A stretch of 64,000 nucleotides of DNA from contig JAQFVV010000007.1 in NCBI GenBank assembly GCA_028023455.1, positions 2,294,001 to 2,358,000 of the forward strand, read 5' to 3'. Made by a program: the position numbers and the translations under genes. The notes beneath the pieces are model-generated. The model was not told where the DNA came from and did no database searches. It was given only the letters and a program-made list of their open reading frames with translations. Shown here in pieces: positions 52,742-64,000 of this stretch; positions within the stretch are counted from its first letter, which is position 1, and each line of letters starts with the position of its first letter. This stretch comes from Epiperipatus broadwayi (lineage: Eukaryota; Animalia; Onychophora).

Positions 52742-55291
52742 TATTTACAATTAGGGTTCAGGTATGTGAAGAGTGTCTGTATTTCAAATATTAATAGAGC
52801 ATATATGTATATTCACTGACCAACTTATATGACAAGTTTGGATTTTAATTACATAAATGAATTTCTGTATTTATCATGCAATCATTCACATTGGAAGTTT
52901 AAATGTATAATGAAATAATGTATATTATGTAAATTTCCACCAGATTTATTCACACAGAATACCACAAAAAATGTTGGCTAGGAACCTCAGATTATTCATC
53001 CCTACACACCTTTCTATTATCATATCTAGACCTAAACTCAATGGAAAAGTATGCATTCTCAGTATATAGTGAGTAATCAAATATATAGAGTAATAAACAA
53101 AGAATGCCAATAATTGATAAAAAACTACATTTGTGTCAATGAAATATTGTTCATTTTTGTAGTGATAAAAGAAAAATGTATCTAGTAAATAAAAAAATAC
53201 CAAGAGCAGTTATTATCAGAGTCCTGATAAAACTGCATACATGAGATCTAAATACTAATCTTGAAAAATTATGGCTTAAGTTTAAAATTCAAATATTTTA
53301 AATGGTGCTTCTGTAATTACAAAAACATTCCGATACACATAAGAAAAAAATTATAAACAGTACCTCGTAAATAAGTATGGTTATTCTAACTCAAAAAAAA
53401 AAAAAAAAAAAAGACAAGAGAGAGAGAAAAAAAACTAACTGGTCTAGAAATGATTTTTGTAATGATTATACAAACCAATCTGTGAACATTAACTATATCC
53501 ATATATACAACAACATGCTGGCTTTTCTGTTTGCTTAACATTTTATGATGTTATTTAATTTTTTCAGCAGAAAACTTTTCTTTTTGAAATACTTTAACAC
53601 CATGTCTAATTGTAGCTCTCCAATGTCTCTATTACATCTTCCCAATAGAAACAATTTACATTCCATTTTATTAGAATTTCTTAGAGATAATCCTTGTCAT
53701 GCTGATGGAATGTATCTCTCCTATAAAAACTATGCTCAGATCTCAGATTCACGTTAAAACATTCTTTTAGGAAATCTTGAAAGTGTGATTTTACAATAGT
53801 GGGCTGTATAGTATCACATTCAGAAAATTGAAAAATATATTGATTGGTTTTACAATCTTGCCAATATAGCTTTGAAATGCTACAAAGCAGTTTCCAATGA
53901 CTTTATATTACAACAATAAAGGGTCCAAGTTTTCATTCCAGACAATAAATGAGATAAAATGCTCTATGTATAATTAATTTAGTTGCAGTAATTATTTTTC
54001 TGTGATGAAATTTTTTTTTAACTTCTTAAAAATAGGAGCACATTGGAGCCTGTGTTGTGTTCATCATCTATGTTGTCATTAACAAAATATTTAAACTGGT
54101 TTACATTTTCAAACTGATAACTATCTAAACTAAAAGTTGCTATGGGTTTTTCTTCTATCACTGGCTAATAAACAAATTAAGTTTTTAAACATTAATTGTT
54201 AAACCAAATCTTTAAATGTGGCATTCAAAATATTAAATATATTGTGTAAATAATCTTTTGAAATGGCAAAAATAGCACAACCTCAGCATCCAGTAATCTA
54301 GAATCCAAGATATTGCTGTTTTTGCATTTATTTGATTTAAATTTAAAATTCAACCATCAAATGTATATTGTATTTTACCCTCTGTATGATTACATCATCT
54401 ATAAACAATCCCAAAGACCATTGTCATAAAAATTGAAAACAATGTTGAAGCAGATACAATCCTTTTTAGCCCCTGTTTTTATTTAAAATACCTTAGATTT
54501 TACACTAATAGCAATAACGCGTTCTTTCTTTTCATCATATAAATGGTATAATAAAAATAAATTTTGGTAGGCAAACAATTAATTTTAAACAATGTCATAA
54601 ATTTGTATTATCTAACAATAATTTAATGACTATGGGTAGCTAAAAGAAAAGGCGTAAGCTTTCTTGAAACCTTAGTGTAAAGTAGAATAATGAAGAACAA
54701 AAACAATTTCTAAAAATATTATTAAAAATATATATATAAGCTTGATAATAAATAAATTCACAGATTTATTTGTTATTTTTTAAGTAAAGTAAAATAAAAT
54801 TAACTTATGCATGTTACATATAAAAAATGATGTTGATTTTTCCCTTTTCAATTATTATCATTAGTGACACAAAATACAATTTATTATTCAATAATATCCA
54901 GAAATTCTTCTTGCCATTAAAATATTTGTCATTATTACAAAACCATAACTAATATTAAGGGCATAGAAAAGTTTATATATAGATATTATTTTCATATCTT
55001 ACAGTATGTTTAAAAAAATCTTAAAGCTAATTTTTTGGGGTATTTTAAAGATTTATTGTTGGTATTATCCATTTATTTTATGTAAAAAAAGTTGTAGGTT
55101 AATTATGCTTTGTGAGTGTGAAAGAGAAAGTGGGTGGAAATTAAAATGAATTTAGTTTTATAAAATTTTAATATATATATATATATTTTGTAAAGTCATA
55201 TATATATATATGTTAATGAGACTCACCTGGAACAATTTTTTATTTTAATTAGAGAAAATGAAATATTGAGATAGTAAATCACTAATTTTAA

Positions 55292-55398
55292 TTTTAAGTC
55301 AAGCATCGGTGGTCGAGAGATCAGCAACAGCTGCTTTATAAGCAGTTGTTCCAGGTTAGGGTTTGCTTCCCGGCTGATGCTATGACACATGAGAAAAA
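55292..55398 (+). mobile_element. Short tRNA-derived SINE, copy 1
   Basis: GCATCGGTGGTCGAG...TTCCCGGCTGATGC tRNA-like body, TATGACACATGAG tail and A-tract; 16-bp TSD AAATCACTAATTTTAA (55276-55291, 55399-55414). Confidence 0.85.
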
Positions 55399-55705
55399 AA
55401 ATCACTAATTTTAAAAAGAAGTGCTTTTTTTTTTTCCAATTATTGATCATTTGCGTTAGATCATTACAATTTTCCATGTGCGTTTCTTTGAAAATGAAGA
55501 ATTTATTTCTTAGAAAAGTATTGATACTAAAATCCTAAGTATTCAGATTTTTTTTGAAGTAAATGTAAGCCAACTTATAAAAAAAGCTATTGGATGAAAA
55601 AAAAATCTTTTATACTTATACAAATAAAAAGTAATAAAAAAATTAAACACTTAAATTATAAAATATCCTGAGGATTTTATTAAATATATATTAACAATTC
55701 ATATA

Positions 55706-56370
55706 AATCTATTATTATAAAATCCTGAAATTTTTTTTGTAATCATTAAAGAGGAAGTCAACCTCCAATAATGTGCTATTTCTTGAATATTATAAATCTC
55801 TGCACACTCACCCACCAGTAAGAGTTTTAAAAATTTAAGTGAATCACTTAAGTTTAGAGTGTATTTGTATATACACCAACTCTCTCTGACCATGCTTAAA
55901 TCAGGGCTTGAGTCTATTGTGTGCCTGATATTATAATCAAATATTGAATTGTACAAATTTAGTTAACCTATTGCAGGAGAAAGACAGAGTCTCATTATTA
56001 ACCATGATAAGACTTATATGACTTATAAATGTAAATCTTTTTTTTGTAATTATTAATGAGGAAGTCAACCTCCGATAATATGGCATTTTTTTGAATACTA
56101 TAAATCTCTGTGCACTCACATGCCAGTAAGAGTTTTAAAAACTTAAGTTAACTAAATTTATACCAATATTTGATTATAACATCAGGCACACAATAGACTC
56201 AAGCCCTGGTTTAAGAATGGTCAGTGAAAGTTTGTGTATATACAAATACACTGTACACACTAAACTTAAGTGATTCACTTAAGTTTTTAAAACTCTTACT
56301 GGTGGGTGAGTGTGCAGAGATTTACAATATTCAAGAAATAGCGCATTATGGGAGGGGACTTCCTCTTCAA
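55706..56370. mobile_element. 665-bp asymmetric direct + inverted repeat element with a putative 17-bp TSD
   Basis: Block ab (~55730-55975), a direct partial copy a (~56035-56147), then the inverted copy b'a' (~56147-56367). Flanked by TATTAAYAATTCATATA at 55689-55705 and 56371-56387. Confidence 0.7.
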
Positions 56371-56766
56371 TATTAATAATTCATATATAATTTAAATAAA
56401 AAAATAATTTGTACTTCTTTAATATATGTACATAACTGAAACAAAAATTAACGAATTAAATATTTTTAAAAATGATCAGGAAACCACTGAAGTATTTTAT
56501 TCTCAGATCTATACAATCTATTCTCAGTAGACTATATTCAAATAACACAATTTAAGCACTGTGTGTGTCAAAGCTACTTATTTTTAAGTTTTTCCCCTTT
56601 TTCTGTGTCATAATTGGGCAACAGAGTTCAACAATTAAACATTTTGTCAGCATTAGCTTGAGATTTTAGTTTTCCTCTTATCACAATATTCTAACTTTCT
56701 ACATTTACCTGTTTAAAGTTGTTTTTTTTTTAAAAAAAAAAATATTTACAAAAGAAATTAAAATAT

Positions 56767-57371
<605 letters not shown>

Positions 57372-57387
57372 ACGAGAATATACATAC

Positions 57388-57535
57388 CTTGGGCTGGCGG
57401 AGAAAATGTATCAGGTAATAGATAGGCAGGATTACTTGAAGTATAATTTAGAGGAATATGTAAATGGTTATAACCACCAATCTGCGCATTTCCCATTTGC
57501 TTCCTCCACCTCGCTCGTCTATTGCTAAACCACAC
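57388..57535 (-). CDS. Pax3/7: Internal exon of a Pax3/7 gene (homeodomain helix 3 and start of the C-terminal region)
   Basis: [49 protein letters not shown](G). S50 and RARWRKQ mark Pax3/7 (Pax6 has RAKWRRE). Acceptor tttcag| falls at the conserved PRD-class Q/V intron position; donor AAG|gtatgt; 148 nt, phase 0 to phase 1. Confidence 0.92.
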
Positions 57536-58183
57536 CTGAAATGAAATTTAAAATAATAATGATAAACATTTAAATAAAATAAAATATTCAGACGCGACAC
57601 ATGCTTCGCTATCTCCAGAAAATGGATAATCTGATTAATTTACATATACATTTGCATATATTACCATTTAATAATATCACACCAACTATTACTATTTTGG
57701 CTATGATTATGAGGGATAACACTCGAAAGCGGTTAGCCTGGATTAACCCATTTTGATTATTTGCTATTAACAGCTTCTTCAAATAGCGTTTTAAAGCGCT
57801 TGTATACTATTCAAATAATATAAATATTATTTAACCAGAAAAAAATATTTTATTGTCGAAAAGAAATTAGAAGACGAATCGCATTAATTGTATAAATATC
57901 AATTTTATTTTTTCTTCCAAAAGATTTTAAAAGAGAATTTCCAAGATTTTCCTTTAATAAGATATTGGCTTTTATTAGAATTATGTTTTTGTTTAATAAA
58001 CCTTCTCAATAAAAACACTATTTACTATCGGAGGTCAATCCGTTCAAAAAAGCCTAAAACACAAAGAAGACAACTGAAGATTCTGACATATTAATCTTAA
58101 AATATTTTAATAAAATTATTGTGATTTTCTGGAGTTAAGTTCAGGCTTCTTGGAATGGACAAAAAGAATCCAAAAAGATAGTT

Positions 58184-58296
58184 TTTTTTTTTTTTCATAT
58201 GTCATAGCATCGGCCGGGACGCGAACCCACAACCGTCTGCAACCAACTACTTGCTTGCATGACAGCTGCGATACCTCTCGGCTAACAACGCAAGAC
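58184..58296 (-). mobile_element. Short tRNA-derived SINE, copy 2
   Basis: Minus strand ...GGTTCGCGTCCCGGCCGATGCTATGACATATG followed by about A14; perfect 17-bp TSD AATCCAAAAAGATAGTT (58167-58183, 58297-58313). Confidence 0.9.
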
Positions 58297-59479
58297 AATC
58301 CAAAAAGATAGTTGGGCTAGAATAAGAAAGAAAAATCATTTTATTTATAAATATCTTTTGTAAATATAGTTTTGATATCTTTTTTGTTTTTTAACAAAAT
58401 AATAATTTTTAAAAGCTAATGAAAATCATTATCAAATCATCATTGATGATTATTATCTTGATCACAATATCCTTTGATAAGATATTTTTTTAACAAATTA
58501 CTTAACAGAAAAATATAAGCAGCCTAGAATAATGCTATTTGTAATAATGAAACGTAACTCATAGGAGGAAGTAAATTATGAACTAAGCTAATGAAACATT
58601 TTGATGCATTCCACGAATGGTGGTGTAGTTGAAAAAAGTTTAAGCATGCTTTTAGGAGCTACCGGTATAAAATAAGCATTAATAATAATCTTATTATTAC
58701 GTATTTCATAATGGGTAAATTCAGAAGAAATGCTTAAAAAGTAATCCAGTCTTTAGGTTGCCATTGCAGAGCAAAATCTCAAAAAATAATCTCTAGAAAA
58801 ATAAATGACAAAAAAGGCTTAAAAAGTTTGAATGTTTTTTGCATATATAGTTAAGAATATGGAAATACAAATTTAGTGAACAATATCGGGTATTTAGGAA
58901 GCTGGTTATATATTGGTTATTTGACAAAAAAAAAAACAAAAAAAAACACTGTGTCTAATTAAATTCTTAAAAAGAATCTCCCAAGTTTTGCACAATAGTG
59001 ATTTGAAACCCGGGTAATAGACATGAAATCCCCGTGTATTAATCATTAACCATGAACCTTCAAATAAGATTATACACATATTATTTACTAATTGTTATAA
59101 ACAAAACTTGTGCATTATTTTTAAAAATGTTTTTTCATTACAGTTTGGTTTATTACTGAATTTAATGTTTTATTATCTCAATTTCTGAATGTCAAACTGA
59201 TAATTCTTACTTGAATAATTGAAAAATAGGGATTGTAATTTTCTATTATCAAAGGTTAGATTTAATTTTATGTATACCTGCTATAATTTATTGTTATCTT
59301 ATACAATCCATATTTTGTACCTTATTGAAATTACTAGCAACACTTGGAAACAGAAAAGCTAGCTTCTCTCTAGATTATAAAATCTTCAGAACTGAAGCTG
59401 GAATTTTCAGAAGATTTATATATTATTTTAAATACTTTTTCTCTTCATTTTTTAAAAATGATTATTACTTTTCTTATTT

Positions 59480-60580
59480 CTCTCTATTGGCTACAGCATC
59501 ATATCGTTTTTTCTGTCAGCCTTTTATACATTATGCCATGAACCTATAATGTGTTTTTACTGCTACAACAACAGTATACATTTTCCTTGATTGGAAAGTA
59601 GTAATTCAGCCAATAATACCACTTATCATAGGTTTGAAGGTCCTGTAATCTTCAGACTTTCTCTTTTTTCCATTTTTTACTTTTAAGATAATCTATCATC
59701 TTTTTTCTTTTTCTATTTTTTTACTTTTCCATTTTTAAATGCATACCCAATCCAATTTTTCTCTTTCTATATACTTTTCTCAAAAAAAAAAATAATTTTT
59801 ACTTATTTTACTACTTCTACATTTTTGACTTTCTAATTTATTTTTCTATTCTCCTTTAAATTCTTATCCTAAAGCCTTCAACTTTTTCCCCACTAATTTT
59901 TTCTAATTGGCAGCATTTCTGTTTTATATAGAGCAATACTTCAAACAAAAAATATTTAAATTCTTTTTTTTTTAATTCCAAATTTTTCTTTTTGCTCCAA
60001 CTTTTTTTTTTTTTCAAGTGTCATAGCATCGGCTGAGACGTGAACCCGCAACCCAGGCAACTGCTTGTAAGGCAGTCGTGCTGACCTCTCGACTATCTTT
60101 TTTATTAGCAGTTATTCAAGTTTTTCCAAATATTTAAAAGATAACCTCTTTTAAAACTTTTTGTCTAATGCTAACTGTCTTTTTATTTTTCTACTGATCT
60201 TTATTGTTTTAGTCTTAGTTGAAAACATCTCAATTTTTTTAAATATAAACCTTATTAGTTTTACATATTCATTGAGTTCAGCTTCAATATCTGCAAGAAT
60301 GGCAGTATCACCAGCAAATAAAATACAATTGACCATTTACTTTTGTGAAAACTTATCTACTATATAACTTATCATTTTATCTACTATATACTTTGAGTAG
60401 AATTCCATCTAATCAAAATAATATTCATTTAGCAATTTATCTAAATATATATACTGAATAAAACTGATTATAAAGAGGTTTTCATTTAAAATTATTTGCA
60501 TATGTTTGTAGTCTAACTGTATAGTAATTAATAATTGTAATGAAATACAGTAATAAAAATGACTTGTCTAAAATAATTTA
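59480..60580 (-). pseudogene. RTE-clade LINE remnant (RT to 3' end)
   Basis: VNCILFAGDTAILADIEAELNEY..KTKTIKI (ORF 60151-60336) matches the FADD region of RTE RT; further fragments lie toward 59480. Interrupted by SINE copy 3. Confidence 0.6.
60002..60096 (-). mobile_element. Short tRNA-derived SINE, copy 3
   Basis: Minus strand TAGTCGAGAGGTCAGCACGACTGCCTTACAAGCAGT...GGGTTCACGTCTCAGCCGATGCTATGACACTTG followed by A13. No clear TSD. Confidence 0.8.
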
Positions 60581-60629
60581 CTACATTGTTTAACAAATAA
60601 GATTTGATTAGTAATATAAATAATTTTTA

Positions 60630-61260
60630 TTAGTCATTCATTAGACTAGAGATTACCCACTTAATGAATATTTCTATAGTGTAACTTTATTATACCAGTC
60701 TTATGCAAGGTAAGGACTGGTATCTATCTATTCACATTTAATACCTTGTGGAGGTATGTAATCATGAACATATGATCAAGGATATAAAAAGATGTATGAT
60801 CCCCAAGAGGCACATTTTATGCTGAACTAGCACTTATCATTGGCCCAGATCACAATGTCTTATACATATCTTCATCCCTGTTTGGCATATATAGATAGCC
60901 AATTAATGCAGTTTAATTGATAAGGATCATTCTTACTGCCCTCACAACTTTGACACAAACCATTTAATGGAAGTACATTAATAATTTTTATTAATCATCT
61001 ATTAGACTAGAGATTATCCACTTCCGCAGTGTAATTTTCCTTACAACACTCTCATACAAGGTAGGCACTGGTTTCTATCCACTTAACATTTTGTGAATGG
61101 GTGTAATCATAAACATATGACCAAAGACTTGTGAAAAGATGCATGATCTCCAAGATTCCTAAGATGCATATTTTACACTCAATCAGCTCAGACCACAATC
61201 TCTTACACATAGCTTTATCACTGTTCAGTATATATAGTGTAACAGTTGAGTCACATGGCA
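60630..61260 (-). mobile_element. Diverged direct tandem (~360-bp period) related to the hammerhead family
   Basis: 60630-60910 aligns with 60990-61260; the first unit has a decayed HHR at about 60803-60845 (CCAA TGATAA GTGCTAGTTCAGCAT AAAA TGTGCCT C TTGG on minus). Confidence 0.6.
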
Positions 61261-62638
61261 CACAATAACATAGTGTGTGTGCACAAATATATATAAATAA
61301 AGTTGAAAGGAAAAATAAAAATAAACGCAGACAAAAATTTTGCAGATACTTTCTACACCTCTTTGGAATAATCATAGTAAAAGATTAAATAATTTTGAAT
61401 TTAAAATAAAATTTTATTATAAATTAAACAGTTAAAAAGATCTAATTAATATTGTATTATTATGATTTTGAAATTAAAAACAAGCATGTTTTATGATAAA
61501 ATAGAACTGATAATTATAAACATTTCTATTATCTATTTTTTAAAATCTTTGTAGATTTTATTTTGATAAAATTCCAAAAGTAGCTTTTAATTAAAAGTGA
61601 TTTGAAAAAATTAAAAAGATAAAAACAGTCTTTAATTAATGTATTTTTGTCACTAATTGGTTTTTTTGAGAGTTCTTAAAAAAGAATCATTGGCATTTGG
61701 AGAGTCAGGGCCCTCATGAAGATCTAACAGAAGAAAAAGAAGGCAAATCCAGCAGCTGATCTATAGTTCTCTATGGAAGAGTTTGATTCACATGAAAGCA
61801 TAACCCAATTTCTGTGTTTATTAGCCTGCACAAATCTATTCAATCCTAGATATAACTGCATGCCAACAGTTACCTTCTTTCCCAATGATGACAATCCCAG
61901 ACTGGCTCCCATCAAAAGAACCCATCAGTTGATGAATAATTCTGGTGTGTTATTTTAAGCAATTCCTTAAAAAGGATTTTTTAAAATACAAGTAAATAAT
62001 TTTACTTAAATTAAACATCTAAAATAAAGATTTTATTTATAAGATGATTTTATATTTGTTTTTTTTTTTTAAATGGATAAGTGAAATTTATATACTTTCA
62101 ATGCAGAAATAACCATGAAAAGATATTTTACTGATTAAAAACGATATTATTTTAAATCTTATTGAAAAAAAGACATTAAAAGTCTATATTTTAAATTTAA
62201 AAACATTTATAATTAATCAATCAATAATTGATTTTTTTTAAAAGAAAAAGAAAACTGTAATCAGTAAAGAGAAAAACTTACTAATAAAATAACAATGGAT
62301 TTTATATAATTTCAACAAAAAAATGTAATAACTTAAAATTTTAATCATTTATTATATTTTATATGATGATTGAAATATATTCATCAATTATCTTGCACAT
62401 CTGTATTGAAGTGGATAATCTGAAGCTCAGATTATGCTTCATGAGTATCAATCATCATTGTGCCATCTAACAGGGTTCAAAGTCTATCTCTCCATGCTTG
62501 TACATGAACTCACTATTTACCCAGAATTTTTATTCTTTTCACTTCAATATTAATCCCATTTTGATAGAATAAAATTAACAATTTGGGGAAGCAAGTGAAT
62601 CACTAGAGTCATGGACATGCAACAATAGATAGATTTAA

Positions 62639-62832
62639 TCTCAATATATACACACTTTTAATGTACTAATAATGTGTATATGAATTAATTGGGAAATACG
62701 TATTTAAAGTTTTATATATTTTATCCATCATGGTATCTCAATATATACACACTTTCAATGTCTTAATAATGTGTATATGAATTAATTGGGAAATATGTAT
62801 TTAAAGTTTTATATATTTTATCCATCATGGTA
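62639..62832 (+). repeat. 97-bp tandem duplication
   Basis: TCTCAATATATACACACTTT...TTTTATCCATCATGGTA occurs at 62639 and 62736, near-identical. Confidence 0.92.
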
Positions 62833-64000
62833 GCACAAGATAATGCAATCGGGTTGGAAATTTCTAGAAACATTACTATAAAATTTAAAACAAAGAAAAA
62901 AAAAAGGGGGGGGATTAATTAGTGTAAGTCAAATAAATGAAAAGTCCTATGAATAAAAGTCACTTTCCCATTAACATAAAATTAATCTATCTAAGAGATC
63001 TTTACAAATACTAAAATAGAATATAAAACAATCATTTAAGAATTTTTCAGACGGATTGCATTATCTTAAATTCCTTATAAAACAAAAGTGGGCTTGCTGT
63101 AGAAAATTAGCTATTGTACCAAAATTATACATCACTTCAGGACACAAGTTCAAAGTGCATTGTAACATTCCAAGGAAGTGTATAAATAGTGCAAAAATTG
63201 GATTGATAAAGAGACTGAATCAAAAATTCATTCAATCAAAATATCAAAATCAAAATCTGAGTCTGAATTGTTTTTAGCTTAGTCTGAATCATTAGTTTTT
63301 TTTTAGAAAGAGCGTGCTTAAATAATTTCACACTGCTCGTTCCCTTAGACATGACCGAGGAGCAAAACCATCGCACCTTTCGTTGTTGCCGTTCCTGCAC
63401 CACTCTCTATGGAAATGCTTCTCAAATTTAAATGAAACCTTGAACTATTTAACTGTGCCCTGAACTTGATCTGGAAAAGTATGTTACCTGCAGTTAATTT
63501 TAAACCATGTCAAAAAATATAAGGAACTGTCACACAAGAATGGAATCAAGAAAGTATTATAAAGGTAATAGTGCCGCCTCACACTTATCATCTATATCTT
63601 ATATATATTATCTAAAATTAAATTTAATGTAAACTAAATGTGTATTTTTATAAAAGTAACTTAACTATGTAATAATATTTAATCCAATCTCTGCATGATT
63701 CTTTATAAAACTAATCATATAATTCTCTCTTAGCCTTGCAAAATTCTTATTTAAAAATGGTGAGGCATTGATTTTCTATATAATTATAATTTATATTTCT
63801 TTTTGTTTCATTCATGTCATATGCCATTAATTTATTCCCCAACTCTGCAAATGTGTTTAAATGTAGCTAAGTTTTCTGTCATTTAAAAAAAAAGGAGCAT
63901 CATTTAATTAATTAAGTTGTTTATTATAAAGTTGTACATTTGAAGGGATGGAAAGATTCAAATATTTTTTTTAGTATACTATTATTGCAGTTTGACAGAG

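Noticed and set aside
55303-55380. Functional tRNA genes at 55.3, 58.2 and 60.0 kb
   Set aside because: T-loop and stem mismatches, inconsistent anticodons, shared 3' tail, poly(A) and TSDs indicate SINE copies.
63330-63480. GC-richer patch as an upstream Pax3/7 exon or snRNA
   Set aside because: No homeodomain or paired-domain translation in any frame, and no match to the U1, U2 or U5 sequences I recall.

Overview
Very AT-rich, CpG-depleted animal genomic DNA; an arthropod, possibly a chelicerate or myriapod, is inferred. The only host coding sequence I can support is one minus-strand Pax3/7 exon (57388-57535, end of the S50 paired-type homeodomain), whose upstream exons lie beyond the window. 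Most other explicable sequence is decayed mobile DNA: (1) a Ty3/gypsy LTR element remnant with an Arc-like capsid gag (1.1-6.8 kb); (2) a full-length L1/Tx1-type LINE with a 14-bp TSD (23.2-28.9 kb); (3) two RTE remnants; (4) a LINE with PHD + SGNH-esterase ORF1 and APE-RT-CCHC ORF2 (31.7-36.8 kb), interrupted by a 119-bp Merlin-like MITE; (5) three copies of a short tRNA-derived SINE. The most notable observation is a dispersed ORF-less repeat family (about 7.2, 19.6, 41.9, 42.3 and 52.2 kb, with a diverged relative at 60.6-61.3 kb). It carries a minimal type I hammerhead ribozyme with an inferred palindromic stem III. It inserts into TA-rich sites, either as asymmetric palindromes of 5'-truncated copies or as direct tandems, which suggests a non-autonomous Penelope-like or retrozyme family. 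Coordinates were counted by hand, identities were judged by eye, and no database searches were run.
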